Shown here: positions 14,801 to 26,200 of the stretch, piece after piece
Position numbering within the stretch: position 1 is the stretch's first letter
How the letters are laid out: every line of letters starts with the position of its first letter
Assembly (NCBI RefSeq): GCF_009834535.1
Contig: NC_045707.1
Location: 52,950,001 to 53,014,000, forward strand
Origin: Camelus ferus
Taxonomy: Eukaryota
Direction of reading: 5' to 3'
DNA: 64,000 nt
Position numbers and translations under genes: made by a program
The notes under the pieces: model-generated
Database searches by the model: none
What the model was told of the DNA's origin: nothing
Seen by the model: only the letters and a program-made list of their open reading frames with translations

Positions 14801-17800
14801 TAAAATAAAACACCAGACTCAAAACTGATAGCCGTGTTCACATGGTTAAACTAGTCTATAAACACTGAGAAGAGGTACTTGAAAAACAAAGTTACTTGAG
14901 GTGCTAAAATTTATAAATTTTTTGCCTCAAAAAATTGAAAATTTAACTTAGTTCTCTGAGTTCCTGTCTCTCCAGAAGAATCTAGACTCACAAATTATTA
15001 GACTTTGGTTTGCTGTCTTATTTTTTGTACATGATCGTTGTATGACACATGATTTAATTAATGTCAAAAGCTGAAATTTGTGTTATACTTAGAACTTTTC
15101 TCAACTTTTTCAAAGATGAGGCTAAAATGAAAGGTACTCTAAGAGCTGTTTAAAATATGAACATTTGATAAATTAGAGCCCCATAAGAGTAGAATGACCA
15201 ATGGTGGTTACTAAAAATTCTAATGAATTACAGTGAAACTGAGAAAGTTGGATTAAACTGTTACAAAAATACTTTGCTTTATGAAATTACAAACTAGAAA
15301 GTATCCAACTTCTGGTTTCTTCGTTAATGTGTAAACTTTCTATATTACGGAAAAGCATAATAGAACCTGTATATTCCTGAGGCATCCTCGTAAGAATTTT
15401 TAAATGAAGTAACTGACCTAGTGTCGTGTGGATAACTGACCTAGTGCTGTGTGGGTAACTGACCAGCGCTGTGTGGACAACTGATCTAGTGTCATGTGGA
15501 TAACTGATCTAGTGTCGTGGGTGGGTCTTTTATGTACAATGTGTGCAGGATGCTCAGCAGACCACACTGATGAACATGGAAATTGCCGATTACGAACGTT
15601 TGATGAAAGAACTAAATCAAAAGTTAGCTAATAAAAACAGCAAGGTGGAAGATTTGGAGCAAGAAATTAAAATTCAGAAACAGAAGCAAGAAACCCTACA
15701 AGAAGAAATGAGTGAGTAAAGCACAGCCCGGTCTACCTCAGTCGTTTCACCTCAACACAAGACAGGAGGGGAGCCACACTGGTGGTACGGCTTGCTGCCC
15801 GTGGCGGCCCAGCCAGGTCTTCCACACGGTCCGGGATGTGACGCAGGACCAGTGGGCTGTAAGCCCACTGTCCTTCCACGGGTGCAGGCACGTGGGTGCG
15901 TGATGCATCCATTTAGTTAAACCCTTCTTAGCCGCCTGCTGTGTGAGAAATACAGAGATCAAAACTGGTCCTGTCCACAATTTGCTGATTGTCAGCAGAG
16001 TGGGGTAATTGAAGCAGCAGTGAAATCTTTCTCTTTAAGGTTATTATATTCCATTTTACCCAAGAAGTAATTTCCGGCGTAAGCCTCTAGAGCTGTAAAC
16101 ATCCCCTTCGGCACTCCTTCCACTGGATCTGACAAACTGGAGCGTTGTGTTTTTATATTAATTCAGCTCAAAATATTTTTTAATTTCCTTTGAACTTCTT
16201 CTTTCACCCATGGGTTATTTAGAAATGTGTTTTTTAATTCCTAAATAATTAAAGGAATTTTCGGATATCTTTCTGACTTAATGATCTGTAACTTAATTCC
16301 CACCCTGCGTGGTTTCAGTCCTTTTAAACTTGGGTTTTGTTTTATGGCCCAGAATATGATTTCTTTTGGTGAGTGCTCCCTGTTCAATTGGAAACGTGTT
16401 AGACTGGGTTAGCTGTTGGGTAGAACGGTCTGTCTAGTGTCAGATAAGTCAGTTGTTTAAGTCTCCTGTGTCCGTAACAGTTTTCCAACTACTGTCCTAC
16501 CAAGTACTGAGAGAGGCATGTTGAATTCTCTGACCATAATTGTGGATTTCTTTCTCTTTTCAGTTTTGTCAGTTTTTGCTTCATGTATTTAGAAACTCTG
16601 TAATTAGCTGCATGTACATTTAGAATTATTACTTGTTCTTGGTGATTTGATCCTTCTATTATTGAGAAATGTGTAGTAACTTTTTATCTGTTGTGTAAAG
16701 TCTGCTTTGATGTAAATACTAATATAACCATTCAGCTTGCTTTCATTTATTACTTACACGGCATGTCTTTCCCATCCTTTGACTTCAACCTAAGTCTAAA
16801 AGTGTCTCTTTTAGATAGCATATAGCAGTCTTGCTTTTCTCTTCAAACTGACAATCTCTGCCATTTAATTGGAATGTTTAAAATGGTTTTTAAATATAAT
16901 TTATGTGATTGGGCTTAAATCTACCACCTTGCTAATTGTTTCTTCTTGTAGCTTGTTTTCTTCTTCTGCCCTCTTGTGAATTGTTTTTCATGATGCTGTT
17001 TTATCCTTTATTAGCTCATTAACTATACTGCTTTGTCAGGGTTTAGTGGATGCCTTAGGGTTTACAGTATGAATGTTTGATGAACGTAGCCACATCCATT
17101 TAGTGTGTTGTCTGTGGCTACTTTGGTGCTGCTCTAGCACAGCTGAGTAGTTGTAACATCCTGTATGGCCTGGAGGCCTTATAATATGTATTATCTGATC
17201 ATTTAAAATGTTTACCAACCCCTCTTTTAAAGAAATGAAAATGGTTATTTTTTTTAACATCTACCCCTGTATTTACCATTTCTGGTGTTCTTCATTCCTC
17301 CAAGTATCTCCAGATTCTATCAGATACGACTTTCCTTCTTCCTGAAGAACTCCCGTTAACTTACCTTGTAATGTAGGCAACAGGCATTGAATTTTCTCAT
17401 GTTTTGTCTGAAAAGCCTTTAACCTGCCTGCATTCTTCAAAGATACTTTTGATGGGTATACAATTTGATGGTGTATCTTTGTATGTTTTCTCCTTGCTTG
17501 TGGTTTATTGAGCTGCTTTAATGTGCAGGATTTTTATAGTTTTCTTCAGGTTTGGTGTCTGAAAGGCCATTATTTCCTTTAATATTTTTTGTGTAAACCT
17601 CCCTCCATTTTTCCCCCAAGGATTCCAGTCTCACACATTAGACCACTTGGTACAGTCCCATAGGCCAGTGATGCTCTGATCATTTTTCTTCACTTTTCTG
17701 AGCTCTTAGGGAAATATTTTCTGTCATTATATCTTTAAATTGTTATCTGCAGTATCTATTTGGTTAATCCCATCCAGTCACATTTTCACTTTAGATATTG

Positions 17801-20154
17801 ATATTTTTCCTCTTTAGAAGCTCCATTTGTTTTTTGGTTGTTTTCATTTATCTCTTCATTGTGTTCATGTTTTCCTTTAATTCCTTTAGCATATTTAAGA
17901 GCTCTTTTAATGTCATTGTTTGCTAATTCTACCATTTCTGTAATTTCTAGCTTTTGATTAGGTTTTTCTCCTGTTTATGAGTCACATTTTTCTGCTTCTT
18001 TACATTGGAAATAATTTTTTAGTTGGGTGTGACTTTTACATTGTTGATGCTAGATTTTTTTATATTCATTTAAAGAGCCCCTTTTAAAGACAGTGGGGAA
18101 AATGACTGCCCAGTGTATCAGATTAACTCAAGAGGTGCAGAATCTGGGAAATACCAGCAGCCTTGTGACAGCGCAGGCCTTGAAAGGCTGAGCTGCGGGT
18201 TGTGGTGGGCCAGGAAGAAGGTAGGGAGGCCTCAGGACACTGCTCCAAGCGAAAAATGAACTGACTCCCTCTGCCTGACAATTAGGAACACATGTCTTTT
18301 TAATCTCAACCCCTCCAACCTCGGGCCCTGTCTGACTTCTGCCTTAATTCTCATTATGCTCTCAGGTAAAGAGGACGCTTCCTTTCTCCTGAGACACGCC
18401 TTGTGCAAATTTCATCTGCTGTTAGTCTTCCTGTCATGCCCTCGTCCTCCCACCCCTGTGCTCACCTTTTGGAGTCCTTCCTAATCTTAAATGTTTGCTG
18501 TTCTAGGAAGTCTTCCTTGTCCCAGGCAAGTATCACCTGGTAGAAGCATTTGCCACCGTGGAGCCCCATGGCCTTCCATATTTCTTATTTGACATTTGTA
18601 TTTGCTTGACATTATCAGGTTATCCTGAATGTTATCCCTTGATTTCATTCTGCACTCTTTGAGCTCAAGAACTTAGTCTTTCTTATCGTAATTCCTGGAG
18701 CACCTAAGGCCTCGTATGTGATGTGTGCTTTGTACACTCTTTTTAGGGCTGGGTAAATAGTAGCCAGGAGGTAGCTTATCATAACATATCATAAAGGCAC
18801 AGGTAAGGTGTTTCCTTATAGTCCACCTGCTCTTATTTACCGAGTGCAGCAGTTGGTATATGTGGGATCAGCTGCATGAAGTCATCCTGGCGCAGTCCCA
18901 CGGCCACGGACCTGGTCTAGACTCGGCGTCAGAGCACGCTTCTTACAGACCAGGTCATAAACTCGAGGCTCACAGGCCACGTGGTCTCTGTGCGTTCGCG
19001 ACAGCTGTGGCCAGGTTGGCCTGCTGGTGGTGGTTGATACTGTGACCTGGACAGTGAATCCACTTATTCCCATTTGTATTTGTTTCTTCTTTACCTCTGT
19101 TAGCATGAAAGTTTTTTGCTTTTTATCATGTTTCAGTCTGTTCCTTAGTGAACTCTCTTTATCCTAGAAAACAGTATCACAAAAACAGACCAGGTCTGTG
19201 CTTCTGATGTGATGGGAAGCACACAGCACCTCTTTTGAAGTATTTCTTAAAAGTAAAGTCTTCATCTTTTAGATATACAATAAGTATATACCTTTATTTT
19301 AGAGACACATGCTGAAAATTTACAGACAAATGGACTCTAGGGGTGGAGGGACCCCTGGGGCACAGGAGTAGGTGAGGGTGTGGGTCAGGGGTTGGCAGAC
19401 GTTTTCTGTAAAGGGCCAGACAGTAAATACGGCAGCCTTGCAGGCCCCGTGGTCTGTGTGGCTGTTCCTCAGTCTGCCGGTGTTGCACTCAGGCCGCCGT
19501 GAGCAGCATGGGGACAGACTGTTGGCAGAATCAGGCAGCGGCCAGCGGCTTGTGGGCCCAATGCCTGGTCTGGATGAAGGGGGTGAGCCATTGTTGTTGT
19601 CAAAGCCGGTGACAGGCACGGCGGGGTTTGTGGTGTTGCTGTCACTGGTGTCGTGTGTGTGAAATTTTCATAGTGAAAAGTGGAGCCAGGTTCCTTTTGA
19701 AGGTGTGTTGGTACAAGACTTGTCACTTGTTCATTTAAATTCACTCACAGAAACTGTTTCTCCTCTGAAATCATTTCTCCCACTAGCCTCCCTGCAGGCG
19801 TCAGTACAGCAGCACGAGGCAAAAAACAACAAAATCAAGCAGTTGCTTGTGAAAACCAAGAAAGAACTGGCAGATTCAAAGCAAGCGGTATGCTCATTTC
19901 TCAGTTTCCTACTTTAATACTTATTCATAGAGTATTTACGAATAACTCCTTTTTTTCATTTAACCAAGTTTCTTATTCTGTAGGAGACTGATCACTTAAT
20001 ACTTCAAGCGTCTTTAAAGGGCGAGCTGGAGGCGAGCCAGCAGCAAGTAGAAGTCTATAAAGTAAGGCTCTTTACTTTTTAAGATTTAAAAAATATCCAA
20101 ATATCCGTGTAGAAGTGGGATTTTTCTGAAATGACACACACACACACACACACA

Positions 20155-20203
<49 letters not shown>

Positions 20204-23200
20204 GACACCCTGCATCAGAATTTTGAGGAAGTGGAAGCAGTAAAGCCAAGTATGCCTTCTGACCATGTCTCCCATTTACTTTAACTTTAAGCTGGGTTCT
20301 TTTCGTGTATTTGAAAACCCATACTACACTGTCTTGAGGTATTAATTAAGCATTGAGCTCTAACATTTGGCCTGAAATTGTTTCATGATTGACTTTTGGG
20401 TTGATTTTGATTTAAGGAAAACCAACTTAATTTATTGAGAAAATGTTCTACTCAGATTGTCCCACTCTTTCAAAATAATAAGTTAAAAATTCTATTTAAT
20501 TGTGTCCCTTAAATGTTGTCCTCTCTCAAAGCTCAAGTTTGTGTTTAAGGCAGGCTGTTTAGTGAGTGTGGCTCTGATAGACTGGGGCCTGACTGAGCGC
20601 CTCTCCCTAGATCCAGCTGGCCGAGGTGACGTCGGACAAGCATAGGGCCCATGAGCAGCTGAAGGTGTCGGCGGAGCAGCACCAGCGCACGCTGGCCGCG
20701 TACCAGCAGAGGCTGGCGGCCCTGCAGGAGGAGTGCCGCGCCGCCAAGGTGCGTCCTCCAGGGAGCCCGCCACCCCCGACCCCAGCCCACCCCCAGCTCT
20801 CACTTGCGTGGACATGGGTACATGTTGTCTCCATTTCAACCTTGGTTTCCAGTTTCCCTGTGGAAGAAAGTTACTTTTTAAAATTTTGTGTTAGAAAGCT
20901 GTTAGAGCTCTTTCTGAGGCTTCACGATTATAAAACCAAATTCTAATAGAATGGCCACTCTCGCTCCTCAGCAAGTGAAACAGGCTCTGCAGGGGGCTCG
21001 TTATATGTGCAGCTCTGTTCGGCCACCAGGGCAAGAGAGTCTTGGGGTCACGGGTCACTTTGGGAACATCAAAGACCTAAGAGTTTACCTCTTCCCACTC
21101 TCCTTTGAAAACTGAAGTTCAAGTAGCTTAATTTCTTTGGGTTAATTTTTATTGTATTTATAAAAAGAGAGAAAAGTGAAAATCGTTCTGAAGTTGCAAA
21201 GGCAGGTAGTGCCGTTATAAAATGTATGGGCAGTGAATTAGTCTTCCAGGGAAGAAAACAGAAACATGCCTCTTGTCAGATAAAATTATGCCACTCAAAG
21301 GCTATTAGAAAGTGTAAGGCAAAAAAAAGTGTACTTTTTTTTTTTTTAACCGGGGGATAAGGAGTTTCAGACATTTAACTCATTTTTGGAAAAGGGTTTT
21401 CATCTTAATTCACGAATCTTTGAAAGAAAAGGGGACCATGTGACACAGAAATGCAATAGACAGACTTCTCTCTCTCAAATGTTACAGGCAGAACAGGCTG
21501 CTACCACTTCTGAATTTGAGAGCTACAAAGTCCGAGTTCACAATGTCCTGAAACAGCAGAAGAATAAGTCTGTGTCTCAGACCGAGACCGAGGGAGCTAA
21601 ACAGGAAAGGTAAAGTCCGACCTCGGGAAGCGCTCTCCTCCGCAGGGCCAGAAACCCCGCTTCCGCTCCTCCTGATTGGAATTCTAGGTGAAATCACCGA
21701 TAAGAGCAGAGTCGGCCTCACCGTGACTCCAGATGGCAAGGGGACCGTCGCTGTGAGGGGCACAGTTCAAGCTCAGAGAGATGGAGGCATGGGGAAGTAG
21801 GGGTCATGACACGGGGCCGAGCTGGGACTTGCAGCCTCACAGTCTGTCCACGTCAGGACGTTCTGGTCACAGTGGAAGGACAGACCGTAAAGTTGCGTGA
21901 GGACTTTTTCCAGTTTGAAAACTGAGACGTGGAAGAACAGAACGCTTCCCTGATGCACTTACTCACCACTAGCTAGGCCAGCCTTAAGTTGCTTAAAAAC
22001 ACTGTACTTATTTCAAAAAGTTTTAAGCTAAATACTAAATTCTGGTCTACAGTTAAATTTTTCTTCTTAAATTTATGACCATCTCATTTGTATGCTGTTT
22101 CAGTAGCATATTGTTTAACACATCTTTCACACTAGCGTACAGATCACTCCTGAAACAGGCGAGGAGTGAGCAAGGGAGAGCCTTCTGCAGCGAGTGTCTG
22201 GCTTTTGTGAGCAGAGGCCCTGCATTAGAGCCATTTCACGTCCGGCTCCGACTGTTCTCAGTAGGACTAAATATCCTGCCACGTTTGTGTGTTGATGCGT
22301 GTGTTACTTTAGTTTAAGTACTTAATAAACTAGGGGACTGTCGGCTGAAAGTGATGAGGCTTTTTCTGTTGATAGCTCATCTTAATGCTGAAGTTGAATA
22401 GTGACACACTTAACATACAAAATCACCATTTACAGAAGTTATTTTTGATCATGCCAGGATTTTGAGTTAAAATTATTTTAATGTAAATATTTTACATTCC
22501 TTCTGCTTTCTTATATATGAAATACTTATTTTTAAAAAGAAGCTAATAGTGTATTATACCACTTGTGGCAGAAGTGAGGGTTTTAACTTTTTCTCCAAGG
22601 ACTTTCTTTCACTGTGACTTGATATAACGTGCTGTTCTCACAATGGTTAGCTTAGAAGTGTGTGATTTTTTTTTAACTAATGGCATAGTCTTGTAACATA
22701 AAATAGACTGTTTTGATGTTATTTCATGGTCTGCTCCATTTGAATATGTAATTTGTAAATTCAGAGACTTCTGTAAATGTGTAATGTCTGAGATCTACAG
22801 TCTGACTATAACATCTTTTATATCACATTAACCCTTTTTTCTGAATTCTTCTATTATATTTCCTTTGGCTTCATCCATAATAATGGCAAAAGTATGGCAT
22901 TGAAAGATTAAATGATTAAAACTTATTTGAAAGCACAAAATCATGTTTACCTCTTTGAAAAAAATTTTTATTTATTTCTGTTTCAGAGAGCACCTGGAGA
23001 TGTTGATTGACCAACTGAAAATCAGATTACAAGACACCCAGAACAACTTGCAGATGAGTGTGTCTGAGCTGCAGACGCTACAGTCTGAGCACGACGCCCT
23101 GCTGGACAGGCACAACCGGACGCTGCAGGAGGCCGTGGCCAAGGAGGCCGAGCTCCGCGACAGGTAGGGTGCTGGGCCTGCCGGCGGACTCACCCTGCTG

Positions 23201-26200
23201 CCCCGGGGCCGATACAGACTGAAAGGGGGAGATGGGTGTTTCTAAAGGCTGGTGACTTGCTTCCTCCACCTTCAAGCTCCTGCTTTTCGTTGTTATCGTA
23301 CTTTGCTTTTTTTAAGAGTAAGTTTATGTGCTCATCCAGTATCCTGTCTCTCCTGTGGCCTTCATGGCCAGATGCTTCCTAAAAAAAGGAACACTACTTT
23401 CCAACCGGGTGTCAGACGACACGCATTTTCCTCTCTCTAGAGGAAGACCTTCAAGTGCTGCTGGCTGAACGTCCCTTTGCAGCCGTGCCCTCAGCTCGGC
23501 ACACCTGCACTTCATTCATCTGTGCTTCCAGTGAGCACGGGGGTGTCGGCAGCATAGACGTGCTGTTGCAGACGAGGAGTTCTGAGTTCCTTGATACAGC
23601 AGTCGGGAAATATTTGCAGATATTTGTTGTGTCTTAGAATCTTCGCGGAGCCGCTCCCTGCAGGGCCGTGGGGCTGCTTTGCAGACCTCAGGTGCACTGG
23701 TCCCGCAGGTGGAGACGCTTCACTTCCTTGGCTTCTGCTCCTTTGACAGCAGGACTCACATGTGTTAATCTTGTAAATCAGAGGCTCGGGGAAGAGCTAC
23801 GGGTTCTGTAATTAACCTGCTACCAGGCTCTCCATAGATTAGGGTCCTTCGTACAGCGGTGTGCACTTGCTGTTTCCATCAGGAATGCCCAGCACTCACT
23901 CTGTACTCCAGAGAAGTTGCCACAGCTGTACTGCTAACTCGAGTGATGTGCGCGGGCGCCTCTGAAGGCGCTCGGTCCCCCAGGGGCATCGGAGCACCTG
24001 CTGTGTGCCAGTCACCGTCCGAAGTGCTGGAAACCGTTCACAGCATTCTTGGTTATTTTAGGGGTCTTCCTTCCCCCTACTTCCTCCAAAACATTAAAGA
24101 CTAGTAGCATTGTTGCTCTCTGTGCCCTGGTGTGAGGCGATGGCTTTCCTTTACATAGCCTCCTCTCCCTTGAACAGCTGACTTTCGCACTGTGTGTGTG
24201 AAATGGTGAAAATGACCACAGGGTCATCGTGAGGCTGAGCAGCTGACCCCCACGCTGCCCAGACGACCGGCTCATGGAAATGCCCGTAACCGCCAGGGCA
24301 GAGGCAGCACGCAGGCGGGGCTCAGCCTCCTGCAGCCACGGGGGTACAGTCGGAGCAGTCCCCGCTGCCACCTGAAGCCGGAAGCCCTGTCCGGGCTCTG
24401 GAGTGTAGCCCCTGACCTCCGTAGAAAGCGTCATCACTGTAAGAGCCTTATTCTCTCCGTGGGCGCTGTTTAGACAACGCAGAAGCTGCGGGTTCCAGGC
24501 CGCGGCTGCCCTCACATTCTCTGAAGTCCAGCTGGTGTGAACTTGGCCGTTAAGATCCTTCTTCTGACACATGAGGTGTTTGTACTGCATGTCCCCCGCC
24601 AGCCACTAGTCCTGCTTTGAAACCTTCATGGATGCTGACGTTTAGCACACAGAGGAAAGGTCTTGGGCGCCCCACGCTAGGCCACGAGCAGACTTTTGGT
24701 TTTATCTAAAATTGGCTCCATATTGTTTGAATTTCCGAAATCATGCTTGTATGAAAGGAGCCAAACACATAAAACTTCAGCGCTACAAGCGAACCATTAA
24801 AAACAGTGGTTCCCAGTTGCAGGCCCAGTGGGTAGCGTCAGGCAGACTGCATACAAGCTGCGTGGGGAACTGCTGCGAGTGAGCGACTGGGGGCCCTCCC
24901 TGGGAGCGTGCGACTCGCCGGCTCTCAGCTGAGAGCCTGTGGTTGACGAGGGCCCTGATTCCGGCCTGCAGCGAGGTCAGGCACAGTGGTAGGAAACCAG
25001 GCCCTTGTGTTTTTTAGAGCTTCGCGTTAATTAGTTTAAAATGGCCAAAGACACTTTCCTTTGCGGCTTTCCTTATGAGTCAGAAGGAGGCCTTCTTTTT
25101 CATGTTTTCATGTTGATAGAGAACAAGAACATTCATCCTGGATTTCTCTGAGTTGCTATGTAGGATAACCTGCGGAAGGGGCCTGATTTCAGGTCTGATG
25201 AGTTTATGTTCTGATGCCACCCTGTGTTCTAGCCGACTGTGAAGGAAGGAGCCTGGGTCTGAAGGGGGGGGCCGTGGTGGGAGCAGGGGGGCAGTATGGA
25301 CGTCTGGGTGGACCTCTGCAGCCCTGCTCTCCTGCAGCCCTGTGTCTCAGGTGCTGGGGTAGAGGGTGTGGACATCTGAGTGGACCCCTGCAGCCCCACT
25401 TTCCCACAGCCCCGTGTCCCAGGTGCTGGGGAGGGGTGGACGTCTGAGTGGACCCCTGCAGCCCTGCTCTCCCACAGGCTGTCCTCGCTGCAGTCAGAGG
25501 GCTCGCTGCTGAGGTCGGAGCACGCGCAGGCCGTCAGCCAGCTCACTGCCCAGAACGAGGCCCTCGGCAGCAGCTTCCGCGAGCAGGTGCGGCACCTGCA
25601 GGAGGAGCACCAGAGGACAGTGGAGACGCTGCAGGGGCAGCTGGCCAGGGCCGAGGCCCAGTTGGCCCAGCACCGGAGCGAGCCGCCTGCCAGAAGTGCG
25701 TATGTCCCCCGGGCACTGCTGTCCCTGTCCCGCGTCTCTGCTGCTCTGTCCACCCTCTCGGGTCCACAGAGAAAGTAAACACCTGACCAGGTGACGACCA
25801 CCTCCCTTCTGTGACTGGGGGCTCTGGCCTTGCTTCCTGGGGAGACTTGAACACTGAACCCTTCTTAACTTTACCGGACAGCCTCTGTAACCCCTCAGAT
25901 ACCAGTTTTCACAGGCCGTTCCCTCCAAGTAATCGGGTTTTGCTTCTCTGGGACTCGCACACGCTCTGCCCCGACACCAGTGTTGGCTGCATCTGTTCAC
26001 CATCAGATGCGATGTCTGGAGAGCGTGGAGCTTGGCAGCTCCTCCCTTCACTTCCTCATGGATCAGATGGGGATCTTGGAGGCCAAGATGAGGCCACGTT
26101 TAGTATTAAGAATCAGCTTTATACTTAACACTGGTTCCTTGTCACCAGGGCACTGGCAGTGGTGGGTCACTCATCAGGGTCAGAAACCAGCGTCAAGAAA

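Noticed and set aside
14800..14810. AATAAA and in-frame TAA immediately after a donor site
   Set aside because: It overlaps the U1-bound donor region in AT-rich sequence and is likely chance; no further support.
15410..15525. CRISPR-like array (23-bp repeats); the same question applies to the 19-bp array at 63743-64000
   Set aside because: Head-to-tail units with no unique spacers, no cas genes, and a mammalian intronic context.
25229..26051. Long overlapping antisense ORFs (190 and 185 aa)
   Set aside because: Expected shadow ORFs opposite a very GC3-rich exon and repeat, where stop codons are depleted; no recognisable protein features.
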